This document shows, in pieces, positions 19,048 to 28,493 of a DNA stretch of 64,000 bases. The position numbers were made by a program, and so were the translations under genes. The first letter of the stretch is position 1; every line of letters begins with the position of its first letter. Location: assembly GCA_903883965.1 (NCBI GenBank), contig CAISCU010000005.1, positions 26,818 to 90,817 on the forward strand, written 5' to 3'. The notes below the pieces were generated by a model, which made no database searches, was not told the origin of the DNA, and saw nothing but the letters and a program-made list of their open reading frames with translations. The stretch comes from an uncultured Bacteroidota bacterium. Its GTDB lineage: Bacteria; Bacteroidota; Bacteroidia; UKL13-3.

Positions 19048-19911
19048 TTATCCTAAATAGGCTTTTAAAATTTTACTTTTGCTTGATTTTCTGAGTCTTC
19101 TCAAAGCTTTTTCTTTGATTTGACGAACCCTTTCACGGGTTAAACCAATTTTTTCGCTGATGTCTTCTAAAGTATGAGCCGGGCCTCCATCAAGTCCGTA
19201 ATAGAATTTCAATACATCTCTTTCTTTTTCACTCAATGTAGAAATAACACGGTTGATTTCTTTTTGCAAAGACTCGTTGATCAATTGCACGTCGGGTCTT
19301 GGCTCATCATTTGAATCAAGAATACCCAACAATGTATTGTCTTCACCATCAGTCAAAGGCGCATCTATACTTAAATGACGGCCAGTTGATCTGAGTGCAT
19401 TTTCAACTTCTTGTAAAGGAATATCCATGGCCTCTGCAATTTCTTCTACAGTTGGCTCTCTTTCTAATTCTTGTTCTAATTTAGCAGAAGTGTTTCCAAT
19501 TCTTCCAATTGAACCTACTTTGTTCAATGGCAACCTAACAATACGGCTTTGGTCTGCCAAAGCTTGTAAAATAGATTGACGGATCCACCAAACTGCATAT
19601 GAAATGAATTTAAATCCCCTTGTTTCGTCGAATCTTTTGGCTGCTTTGATTAAGCCTAAATTGCCTTCGTTGATTAAGTCACCAAGTGTTAAACCTTGGT
19701 TTTGGTATTGTTTAGAAACCGAAACTACAAACCTTAAGTTGGCATTTACCAAACGCTCTAATGCAACCTGATCTCCTTCTCTGATTCTTCTTGCCAATTC
19801 CACCTCTTCTTGGGCATCAATCATTGGAACCTTACTGATTTCATTCAGGTATTTGTCCAAAGATTTGCTTTCGCGATTGGTGAACTGTTTACTAATTTTC
19901 AGCTGCCTCAT
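19048..19911 (-). CDS. rpoD: primary RNA polymerase sigma factor (sigma-70 family, short bacteroidete SigA/RpoD)
   Basis: Regions 2-4 (..[28 protein letters not shown]...F....[12 protein letters not shown]) and a C-terminal HTH ([28 protein letters not shown]). Confidence 0.85.
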   Translation of the reverse strand: MRQLKISKQFTNRESKSLDKYLNEISKVPMIDAQEEVELARRIREGDQVALERLVNANLRFVVSVSKQYQNQGLTLGDLINEGNLGLIKAAKRFDETRGFKFISYAVWWIRQSILQALADQSRIVRLPLNKVGSIGRIGNTSAKLEQELEREPTVEEIAEAMDIPLQEVENALRSTGRHLSIDAPLTDGEDNTLLGILDSNDEPRPDVQLINESLQKEINRVISTLSEKERDVLKFYYGLDGGPAHTLEDISEKIGLTRERVRQIKEKALRRLRKSSKSKILKAYLG

Positions 19912-20059
19912 ATATTTTTTTCAGTCTCCTTGTTTTGAATAGAATTTGCAAATTTCGTGAAAAGATATGCCAATCAATAAACAAAACCACTATAATTTCT
20001 TATTTAACTAATAGTCAGTAAAATAAATAGAAAACCAGCTTGGTTCTTAAGTGCTTCAA

Positions 20060-22180
20060 TTAACTAAAAACCTGGTAAATCAGCAAGCTGCTTCCGTATG
20101 CAAGAACGGTTAAATAAATAAATTGAATGATGGCCCATTTGTATCCTCCAGTTTCTTTCTTTACAATAGCCAATGTACTCATACATTGCAAAGCAAAAGC
20201 ATAGAATACAAGCAAAGAAAATACGGTTGCTAGTGTGTAAACTGGTTTATGTGTTTGGTTGTTGGTATCGTTCATCATTTTGGTTCGAATAGAACCCAAA
20301 TCGTCATCTGAGCCTTCAGCACTGTATATGGTACTCATGGTGCCAACAAATACCTCTCTGGCTGCCATAGAAGTAAGCAATGCAATGCCTATTTTCCAGT
20401 CAAATCCCAAAGGCCTAATAACGGGTTCAATTAACTTTCCAAATTCGCCTGCGTAACTGGCCTCGAGCAATTGAGATTTGTAATGAAGGTTCAATGCTGT
20501 TTTTTGTGTTTCAAATTCAGGCCCCTCTTTTAATTCTGAAACAGCTGTTGTATAGGTTGATTTAACTGCTTGTATATTTTTTGTTGGCCCTGTTGAGGCC
20601 AATACCCAAAGTATGACCGAAACAGCAACAATAATTTTTCCTGCACCCAAAACAAATGCCCCAGATTTTTCTATCAGGGTAATGATAATATTAGATAGTA
20701 CAGGCAATTTATAAGATGGCAATTCCATCAGAAAATAATTTTTCTCTTTGTTTTGAATGATGAACTTGAATACCCAAGCACTTAAAATAGCAGCTATAAA
20801 TCCAAGTAAATACATGCCCATTAATACCAATCCATGGATGTTAAAAGGTCCCCATTTTGCAGTATCAGGTACCAGAATAGAAATTAATAATGTATATACA
20901 GGAAGCCTTGCAGAGCAACTCATGAGCGGAATGACCAGCATGGTTATGAGCCGTTCTTTTTTATTTTCAATACTGCGGCTTGCCATGATACTGGGTACTG
21001 CGCAAGCCATGCCACCAATTAAGGGTACTATTGACTTGCCATTCATGCCAAATGGGCGCATAATTCGGTCCATGATAAATCCTACCCGGGCCATATAGCC
21101 TATGTCTTCTAAAATAGCAATGAATAAAAATAAGATGACAATTTGAGGTAAAAATACAATTACACCGCTCAATCCAGCCAAAATACCATTTACCAATAAA
21201 TCGTTTAGTATACCTGCTGGTAAAGTATTTTTGAGGTAGTCTGTGGTAGTTGTAAAAAGGTATTCTACCCCATCCATAGGATACGAACTCCAGCTAAAAA
21301 TAGCTTGGAAAATTAAGAACAATAAGGTTAAGAAAATGAGTATACCCCAGTATCTATGCGTGAGAATTTTGTCTATTTTATTGCTGAGGGATTGTTTAAT
21401 GCCAATTGTTTTTTTAATGCGTGAGGCTTGAACAATTTCTTCAATTTTTTCGTAGCGCTTGAGCACTTCATTTTCTTGAAATTTAAGGCTGTCAAAACCA
21501 TATTTTTCAAATACATTTTGAATGTTTTTGGCATGTTCATTTAGCAATACAGAAGCGTTAATGGCATATTGCAATGCGGCATAAGGATTGCTTTTGTCTG
21601 TTACATTGCAAACTGCTTTTAAAAATTCAGGATCTAAATGAGACAAGCTCAAATAATTGGCTGTATGTCTCTTTTTACTATCGAGTAAAATGTTTTTTAA
21701 AGGATCAATGCCTTCTTGTTTACGGGCATTTATTTCTATTACGGGTACTCCAAGCTGTTGTTCCAATACCTGTATGTTATAGCTGATGCCTCTACGAGCT
21801 GCTATATCAAGCATATTGAGCGCCAAAATAACTGGTACACCTAAATCACAAACCTGCGTAAACAAAAGCAAGTTGCGTTTTAAATTGGCTGCATCTGCAA
21901 TAAAAATAACCAAATCGGGGTAATTGTTTTCAGCTTTGGTTCGGAGAATTTCATAAGTCACCAATTCATCTGCCGATTTAGGATACAAACTGTAGGTTCC
22001 AGGTAAATCAATTACATGCAATTTGGTTTGCTCATTGAGCCAAGTTTCACCTGTTTTCTTTTCTACAGTGGTTCCCGGAAAATTAGATACTTTTTGTTTC
22101 AAACCAGTTAAGGCATTGAACAAAGATGTTTTTCCGCAATTTGGATTGCCAACTAAGGCTATGGTGATGTTTTTTTCCAC
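20060..22180 (-). CDS. feoB: ferrous iron transporter FeoB
   Basis: N-terminal G-domain GNPNCGKTSLFNALTG plus a large membrane domain. The start is refined to the GTG at 22180, which overlaps the feoA TAG (cTAGTGgaa). The listed TTG at 22228 would overlap feoA by 48 nt. Confidence 0.85.
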   Translation of the reverse strand: MEKNITIALVGNPNCGKTSLFNALTGLKQKVSNFPGTTVEKKTGETWLNEQTKLHVIDLPGTYSLYPKSADELVTYEILRTKAENNYPDLVIFIADAANLKRNLLLFTQVCDLGVPVILALNMLDIAARRGISYNIQVLEQQLGVPVIEINARKQEGIDPLKNILLDSKKRHTANYLSLSHLDPEFLKAVCNVTDKSNPYAALQYAINASVLLNEHAKNIQNVFEKYGFDSLKFQENEVLKRYEKIEEIVQASRIKKTIGIKQSLSNKIDKILTHRYWGILIFLTLLFLIFQAIFSWSSYPMDGVEYLFTTTTDYLKNTLPAGILNDLLVNGILAGLSGVIVFLPQIVILFLFIAILEDIGYMARVGFIMDRIMRPFGMNGKSIVPLIGGMACAVPSIMASRSIENKKERLITMLVIPLMSCSARLPVYTLLISILVPDTAKWGPFNIHGLVLMGMYLLGFIAAILSAWVFKFIIQNKEKNYFLMELPSYKLPVLSNIIITLIEKSGAFVLGAGKIIVAVSVILWVLASTGPTKNIQAVKSTYTTAVSELKEGPEFETQKTALNLHYKSQLLEASYAGEFGKLIEPVIRPLGFDWKIGIALLTSMAAREVFVGTMSTIYSAEGSDDDLGSIRTKMMNDTNNQTHKPVYTLATVFSLLVFYAFALQCMSTLAIVKKETGGYKWAIIQFIYLTVLAYGSSLLIYQVFS

Positions 22181-22401
22181 TAGTTCGCTACTATTTCTAT
22201 TTCTGCTGCATCTTCTAAACGAAGACAAAGTTTGTATTCTCCAACATGGATGGCAATGGGGTCTCCAAAAGGTGCAACATGTGCCAAACTTACCTGTTCG
22301 CCCGGCAGTACGCCCATCTCAAATAATTTAAGTGAGAGGGTTTCGCTTTTAACTTTTACAATAGTTGCCTGCATACCCGGTATTAAGTCTGATACATTCA
22401 T
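22180..22401 (-). CDS. feoA: ferrous iron transport protein FeoA
   Basis: ~73-aa FeoA (L..L..G..A.I..........L.E.G...G..V........GDPI.I.V.....LR..DA..IEI). The start is refined to the ATG at 22401 (MNVSDL..). Confidence 0.8.
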   Translation of the reverse strand: MNVSDLIPGMQATIVKVKSETLSLKLFEMGVLPGEQVSLAHVAPFGDPIAIHVGEYKLCLRLEDAAEIEIVAN

Positions 22402-22411
22402 TGGGTTGCAA

Positions 22412-22428
22412 TTTAGAATTTTTCTAAA
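22412..22428. promoter_or_regulatory. Candidate operator: perfect 7-bp inverted repeat TTTAGAA-ttt-TTCTAAA upstream of feoA
   Basis: Read directly from the sequence: rc(TTTAGAA) equals TTCTAAA with a 3-nt spacer. It lies 11 bp upstream of the feoA ATG, in the short gap after the GT9 stop. Confidence 0.3.
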
Positions 22429-22448
22429 TAGGTAAAAAATGATTCTAA

Positions 22449-23588
22449 TCAATTATTACAAGAATCTACTAAAATGTGCAATTGAGCCAATACATCTGTG
22501 TATTTAATAGCATTGATTGGAAATTTTTCCTCCCAATCGTATTTTTTTGACAATGTTGGCTTGAGCTGACTTGGATAAATGACCCTAATTTGCTTGAATG
22601 CTTTTGGGTAAGGGAAAAACCGGCCATATCGGTTTCCATTGGCTACAACCAATAATGGCACATTGTTTAATGCACACATATGAGCAACAGCCGTATCGTT
22701 ACAAATGGCAAATTGAGCTTGCTTGCAAAAGTCAGCCAAGTGTATGAGTTGAACTTTTTCGCAATGGTTGATACACCTTGAATTGCCTGTTAGGCTAATT
22801 ATTTTTTGGGCTTGATTTTGTTCAGCCTTGCCCCCAATTAGGTAACAATTTAAATTCGGGTATTGGCTTAGCAATTGTTGAATCAATTGGCTGTAATTTT
22901 TTTCTGACCAGCGTTTGCTTTGTTGGTTGCCACCAATGCCAATGACAAAATAGTTTGCTTGTTTGTTGAAGCCATTGTTGGGTTCGGGCATGTTTTCTTG
23001 CTCAAAAAAGCCAGCATTCAATAACAATTCATGTGCATGGGGTGCTGGTGTTTTGAAAGCTGTCAACAAGGGCTTTTTGAGTGTTTGGTCTAAATTTTTG
23101 GGGTTGACAAAGCCAATGTGTTTTGCATTTGGAAACAAAGATCCAATACAAGCATCCAGTAACAATGACCTTGTATAAGAAGGATACATGCAGGTTGATG
23201 GAGCAATACTTTGCAGTTCTTTGGCTTTTTCTTTTTGGTACGCTTGCTCGTGCAGCCATTTTGATTTATTTACCCAACAACATGTTATGTCGAGCTCTTT
23301 GAATTTGAGTTCAAACAAAGGCCTCCAAGCTTCATTGCCAACCAAAAACAATTCTTGGTTATTTTGTTGGCTTGTAGCCCATGTATGAAAAGCATTTTCA
23401 AATAAAATGTAATCACCAATGTCGTCTAATTTTACTACCAGTATGCGTGAAGAATTGCACTGAGTAGTTTTGTACGCAGCAATATTTTCTACCAAAGTAT
23501 GGTAAAGATTGAACTGTTTTTGATTTGCTTTTGCTTGCTTTGACTGACGCAGCAAATTGGAACAAAATGCCAAAAATTTAAACCACAT
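22449..23588 (-). CDS. glycosyltransferase family 9 (heptosyltransferase-like)
   Basis: N-terminal ILVVKLDDIGDYIL (cf. GT9 IL.IR...GD.I) and C-terminal ICNDTAVAHMCALNNVPLLVV (cf. GT9 ..NDSGPMHLAAALGTPVVALFG). Its start overlaps the upstream ABC transporter stop by 1 nt (TAATG). Confidence 0.75.
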   Translation of the reverse strand: MWFKFLAFCSNLLRQSKQAKANQKQFNLYHTLVENIAAYKTTQCNSSRILVVKLDDIGDYILFENAFHTWATSQQNNQELFLVGNEAWRPLFELKFKELDITCCWVNKSKWLHEQAYQKEKAKELQSIAPSTCMYPSYTRSLLLDACIGSLFPNAKHIGFVNPKNLDQTLKKPLLTAFKTPAPHAHELLLNAGFFEQENMPEPNNGFNKQANYFVIGIGGNQQSKRWSEKNYSQLIQQLLSQYPNLNCYLIGGKAEQNQAQKIISLTGNSRCINHCEKVQLIHLADFCKQAQFAICNDTAVAHMCALNNVPLLVVANGNRYGRFFPYPKAFKQIRVIYPSQLKPTLSKKYDWEEKFPINAIKYTDVLAQLHILVDSCNN

Positions 23589-25414
23589 TAAGCCTCAATA
23601 ATTTGTTGCAATTGGTGCAGTTGTTTGTACAAACCTTCTTGTTGAATGAGTTCTTGGTGATTGCCCGTTTGTACAATTTTACCTTTGTCTAATACCACTA
23701 TAAGATCGGCTTTGTGTATGGTACTTAAACGATGCGCAATGACTATGGTAGTTCTGTTTTGCATGACATTGTTTAAGGCTTCTTGCACGACTCTTTCGCT
23801 GGCAGTGTCTAGAGCTGAAGTAGCCTCATCCAATATTAAAATATCGGGGTTGGTATTGACCGCCCTTGCTATACTGAGCCTTTGTCTTTGACCGCCACTT
23901 AGTTTATTGCCACGGTCGCCAATATTGGTGTGGTAAGATTTTTCGGTTTGAATGATAAACTCATGTGCATTGGCAATTTTTGCAGCTTGTTCAATTTGCT
24001 CATTGGAGATATTTGTTTTGCCAAAAGCAATGTTGTTGTAAATGCTGTCATTGAACAAAATAGATTCTTGTGCCACCATGCCCATCATTGAGCGCAAATC
24101 CAAAATTTTTAGGTTTTTAATGTTGTGCCCATCTATCAAAACTTCGCCTTCTGTTGGGTCATAAAAACGAGGAATTAAATCGGTTAAGGTAGATTTGCCA
24201 CTGCCTGATGGCCCTACTAGGGCAATTGTTTTGCCTTTTTCAATGCTCAGGTTAATGTTTTTTAAAACCCACTCATCGGCGTATTTAAAGCTTACATTTT
24301 TGAATTCAATTTTTGAGTTCAATTCTGTGAGAGAAACCGCATTGGATTGCTCTGTAATGATTTCTTCGCTTTCTAAAACTTCATTCACTCGGTCTAAAGA
24401 TGCCAAGCCTTTTTGCATATTGCTATAAGCTGTAGAAAATGCTTTTGCAGGGGGCAATAACTGAGAAAAAATACCAATAAATGCAATGAAAATTTCTGCG
24501 TTTACGCCTTCATAACCCGATAGAACCAATTTGCCACCAAACCAAAGTATAAAAGCAAGTACAACAATACTTAGCGTTTCTGAAATGGGTGAAGCACTGT
24601 CGCCAGTTCTGTTAGAAGCAATATTGATGCGGGTGTATAAGCTGTTTTCGTTTTTAAACCTGCGCAAGAAAAAATCTTGTGAGTTGAATGCTTTGATGAT
24701 GCGAATACCCATTAAAGTTTCTTCGTACAACGAAACCAAATCGCCAAATTTTGATTGGCCTCTTTGTGAAAATGTTTTGAGCATTCTGCCAATTTTACCA
24801 ATCAAGAAACCCATAATGGGTAAGGTTAAAAACACAATGAGCGTAAGTATTGGACTTACCCAAATTAAAGCACCTAAGAAAATAACAATGGTTAGGGGTT
24901 CTTTGAACAAAGCTTCTAATGAACTCATAATAGCCACTTCAATTTGTAAAATGTCTGAAGTCATGCGGCTAATGAGGTCGCCCTTTTTTTCTTCACTAAA
25001 ATAAGCCAAGGGTAAAACCAATATGTGTTTGTACAAGGCTTCTCTTAAATCGCTTACTACTGAATTTCTAAGGGAAACCATAAAATAGAGTGCTAAGAAG
25101 CGAAAAAGGTTTTTTAATAAGATGGCACTTACCAATACAATACAAATAAAAATCAGTGCCGATTCTGGTCCTTTGGTTTGAATTAATTGCGAAAGCTGAT
25201 AATTGAAAAGTTCACTCAGATTTTTGAAACTAAACGACAAAGCTGGTTTAGTTATAACAGCCTGACTTTGACCAAATAATAAGCGTAAAAAAGGCACTAT
25301 CAAGGCAATTGAAAACAAACTAAAAACAATAGAAAGGATATTAAACAACACGTTTAAAAATGCCAATCCTTTATACGGTTTTACATATTTTAACAACTTT
25401 AGGTAGCCTTTCAT
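23588..25414 (-). CDS. ABC transporter ATP-binding/permease protein (MsbA-like exporter)
   Basis: Six N-terminal TM helices plus an NBD with Walker A (GPSGSGKST), the signature LSGGQRQRLSIARA and Walker B (ILILDEATSALD). Confidence 0.8.
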   Translation of the reverse strand: MKGYLKLLKYVKPYKGLAFLNVLFNILSIVFSLFSIALIVPFLRLLFGQSQAVITKPALSFSFKNLSELFNYQLSQLIQTKGPESALIFICIVLVSAILLKNLFRFLALYFMVSLRNSVVSDLREALYKHILVLPLAYFSEEKKGDLISRMTSDILQIEVAIMSSLEALFKEPLTIVIFLGALIWVSPILTLIVFLTLPIMGFLIGKIGRMLKTFSQRGQSKFGDLVSLYEETLMGIRIIKAFNSQDFFLRRFKNENSLYTRINIASNRTGDSASPISETLSIVVLAFILWFGGKLVLSGYEGVNAEIFIAFIGIFSQLLPPAKAFSTAYSNMQKGLASLDRVNEVLESEEIITEQSNAVSLTELNSKIEFKNVSFKYADEWVLKNINLSIEKGKTIALVGPSGSGKSTLTDLIPRFYDPTEGEVLIDGHNIKNLKILDLRSMMGMVAQESILFNDSIYNNIAFGKTNISNEQIEQAAKIANAHEFIIQTEKSYHTNIGDRGNKLSGGQRQRLSIARAVNTNPDILILDEATSALDTASERVVQEALNNVMQNRTTIVIAHRLSTIHKADLIVVLDKGKIVQTGNHQELIQQEGLYKQLHQLQQIIEA

Positions 25415-25498
25415 TCAGTTAATTTTTACGAATGCAAATATGATAAATATTGCGGAATAATCAGGCAGCCCTATTTTTATGGCCAAATTGAAGATTGT

Positions 25499-27049
25499 AT
25501 GCTAATTCGAACATTTGGAAGTGCAGTGTATGGAGTGAGTGCAGTAACCATTACCATCGAAGTAAATGCCAACCCTGGCAACGGAATTGGGTATTTTTTG
25601 GTGGGATTACCAGATAGTGCAGTCAAAGAAAGTCAACAAAGAATAGAGAGTGCCATCAAGTACAATGGCTTTCAGTTACCCCGACAAAAAGTGGTTACCA
25701 ATATGGCTCCTGCCGACATTAGAAAAGAAGGCAGTGCCTATGATTTGCCATTGGCAGTTGGTTTTTTGGCAGCTACTGAACAAATTGATAGCAGTCGTTT
25801 AGAAAAAATCATCATCATGGGTGAATTGGCATTGGATGGCAGTTTAAACCCCATTAAAGGGGCTTTGCCTATTGCCATTCAAGCCAGAAAAGAAGGTTTT
25901 ACAGGTTTGATAGTACCTGCTCAAAATGCCAGAGAAGCAGGCATTGTAAACAATTTAAATGTGTATGGTGCAGAAACCTTAGCTCAGGTAATTGATTTTT
26001 TAAATGGCAAAGAAGAAGTTTTACAACCTGTTACAGTAGATACCCGAACTGAATTTGAACAGAACCAAATTCAACTCAAAGATGATTTTGAAGATGTACG
26101 CGGTCAGGAAAATATCAAACGTGCATTGGAGATTGCAGCAGCTGGTGGGCACAATGTAATATTGATTGGGCCTCCAGGAGCCGGAAAAACCATGCTGGCT
26201 AAGCGTTTGCCAGGTATTTTACCACCCTTGTCTTTGCAAGAGGCATTGGAAACTACCAAAATACATTCGGTGGCGGGTAAATTGCCCAAAGAGGCTTCTT
26301 TAATTTATACCCGGCCTTTTAGAAGCCCTCATCATACAATTTCTGATGTGGCCCTGGTAGGCGGGGGAACACATCCACAACCAGGCGAAATTTCTTTGGC
26401 CCACCATGGGGTGTTATTTTTAGATGAGTTGCCAGAATTTAAACGAACAGTTTTAGAGGTGATGCGTCAGCCATTAGAAGAAAGAAAAGTAACGGTTTCA
26501 AGGGCTAAATTTTCTATTGAATATCCTGCCAGTTTTATGCTGGTAGCTAGCATGAACCCTTGCCCATGCGGCTATTTCAACCATCCTGAAAAAGAATGTA
26601 CCTGCCCGCCCGGAACGGTTCAAAAATACATGGGCAAAATATCAGGCCCTTTGATGGACAGAATTGACATTCACATAGAAGTTACTCCTGTCAATTATGA
26701 TTTGCTTACATCGAACCGAAAAGCAGAAAACAGCAGTACCATTCGCAACAGGGTACAACAAGCAAGAGCCATTCAAAACCAACGCTACCAAGCCTTTGAT
26801 GACATTCATTGCAATGCCCAAATGAGCAGTACCCAAGCCAGAGAGTTTTGCGCATTGAACCCCATTGGGGCACAATTGTTAAAAACAGCCATGCAACGTT
26901 TGCAATTGTCGGCAAGGGCTTATGACCGCATTTTAAAAGTAGCCAGAACCATCAGCGATTTAGCGGGTAGCGAGCAAATTTTACCTGAGCATTTGGCAGA
27001 AGCCATTCAATACCGAAGTTTGGATAGAGCCGCTTGGGGTGGTAATTAA
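25499..27049 (+). CDS. comM: YifB/ComM family Mg-chelatase-like AAA+ ATPase
   Basis: N-terminal Lon-like domain, Walker A (GPPGAGKT) and a C-terminal ChlI-like region, 516 aa. Confidence 0.85.
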   Translation: MLIRTFGSAVYGVSAVTITIEVNANPGNGIGYFLVGLPDSAVKESQQRIESAIKYNGFQLPRQKVVTNMAPADIRKEGSAYDLPLAVGFLAATEQIDSSRLEKIIIMGELALDGSLNPIKGALPIAIQARKEGFTGLIVPAQNAREAGIVNNLNVYGAETLAQVIDFLNGKEEVLQPVTVDTRTEFEQNQIQLKDDFEDVRGQENIKRALEIAAAGGHNVILIGPPGAGKTMLAKRLPGILPPLSLQEALETTKIHSVAGKLPKEASLIYTRPFRSPHHTISDVALVGGGTHPQPGEISLAHHGVLFLDELPEFKRTVLEVMRQPLEERKVTVSRAKFSIEYPASFMLVASMNPCPCGYFNHPEKECTCPPGTVQKYMGKISGPLMDRIDIHIEVTPVNYDLLTSNRKAENSSTIRNRVQQARAIQNQRYQAFDDIHCNAQMSSTQAREFCALNPIGAQLLKTAMQRLQLSARAYDRILKVARTISDLAGSEQILPEHLAEAIQYRSLDRAAWGGN

Positions 27050-27342
27050 ACCTTCTTTAAACAGTTGATTTTAATATAACATTTCCTACACCAGTAGGTT
27101 TTGATGTTTAAAAAGAAAAATAAGTTTCTAGCAATGAAAGCTCTGTGAACCCTTTCCAAGTCCCATGAACCACAATTTGGGCAGTGTTGACCGAGCTTGG
27201 GCCTGAATATTGTTTTTTGCATAGGGTTGTGCAAGGTATTAAAATTAATAAAAACACCAAAAAATATAATTGTAATTGAAGCTGATAATTATTTATCAAT
27301 CTAAGAATCAATTGGGTTAAATTTGTTCAAAAAAATTAAAGC

Positions 27343-28458
27343 GTGCAGTTCAAAGAAATCATAGGTCATAGCAGTTTAAAAGATAAATTGCTCAATATTG
27401 CGCAATCGGGTCGTATCAGTCATACGCAGCTTTTTTTAGGGCCTGAGGGTTCTGGAAATTTAGCGCTTGCTTTGGCATTTGCGCAGTATGTCAATTGTTT
27501 GCAACCGAGTACCGAAGACAGTTGTGGTAATTGTTCATCTTGTGTAAAGTTTCAACAAATCATTCATCCTGATTTACATTTTACATATCCGTTTACCTCA
27601 CCTACCAAATTAAGCAAGGAACTCATAGAGGAATGGCGGGCAGCTATTATTGACAATCCATACATCAGCGATTTTGATTGGTTGCAGAAAATCAACAGTG
27701 AATCCAACAAGCAACTCAATATTACAGCCGAAGAGTGTAGGGCGGTTATTAATGGTTTAGGGCTTAAAAGCTACGAAGCCAAGTATAAAGTGCATGTGAT
27801 TTGGCAGCCCGAGTATTTATCAAAAGAAGGCAATATTTTATTAAAACTACTAGAAGAGCCACCTCCATTAACCCTGATTTTATTGGTTGGCAACAATACC
27901 GAAAAAATACTACCCACTATATTGTCTAGGGCTCAATTGGTTAAAGTACCTAAAATAACTGATGCCGATTTAATTAATGCTTTAATGGCCAAATATAGCA
28001 TGGATGAGCAAAAGGCCAGAGACACAGCTAGGTTGGCAGACGGTAATTTTAACAGAGCCAAGTCTTTGATTGACATTGACCATGAGGGTTATTTTACACT
28101 TTTCAGTGATTGGATGCGTGCTTGCTACGGACAAAAAATGCTTGAATTGCAACCCATGGTTGATACCTTAAGTGCTGGAGGACGCGAGTACATTAAAAAC
28201 TTTTTACATTATGCTGGGCAAATGATTCGTTCAGCATTTATATACCGTTATGCCAAACAAGATTTGCTCAAAGTGAACCAAACAGAATTGGCTTTTTTGC
28301 TTAAGTTTTCGCCCTTTTTACATGACCAAAATTTGGCCGAAATTACTAAAAGTTTAGACGATGCCACTTACCATGTAGAGAGAAATGCAAACCTAAAAAT
28401 CCTGTTTTTGAATCTTTCTTTGTATATTGGCAAGCAATTGAAAACAGCTCAAAAGTAG
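27343..28458 (+). CDS. holB: DNA polymerase III subunit delta-prime
   Basis: Clamp-loader AAA+ fold with a degenerate P-loop (GPEGSGN) and the Cys-rich zinc module (C.....C..C..C) characteristic of delta-prime. GTG start. Confidence 0.75.
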   Translation: MQFKEIIGHSSLKDKLLNIAQSGRISHTQLFLGPEGSGNLALALAFAQYVNCLQPSTEDSCGNCSSCVKFQQIIHPDLHFTYPFTSPTKLSKELIEEWRAAIIDNPYISDFDWLQKINSESNKQLNITAEECRAVINGLGLKSYEAKYKVHVIWQPEYLSKEGNILLKLLEEPPPLTLILLVGNNTEKILPTILSRAQLVKVPKITDADLINALMAKYSMDEQKARDTARLADGNFNRAKSLIDIDHEGYFTLFSDWMRACYGQKMLELQPMVDTLSAGGREYIKNFLHYAGQMIRSAFIYRYAKQDLLKVNQTELAFLLKFSPFLHDQNLAEITKSLDDATYHVERNANLKILFLNLSLYIGKQLKTAQK

Positions 28459-28493
28459 CTTTAGAAGTTTTCAAGTTTAATAAAATATAAAAG

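Noticed and set aside
19912-20059. Search for a canonical TTTG/TAnnTTTG promoter upstream of rpoD and other minus-strand genes
   Set aside because: I saw only partial matches (for example TATTCAAAA). I did not list them as features because I could not support them beyond AT-richness.
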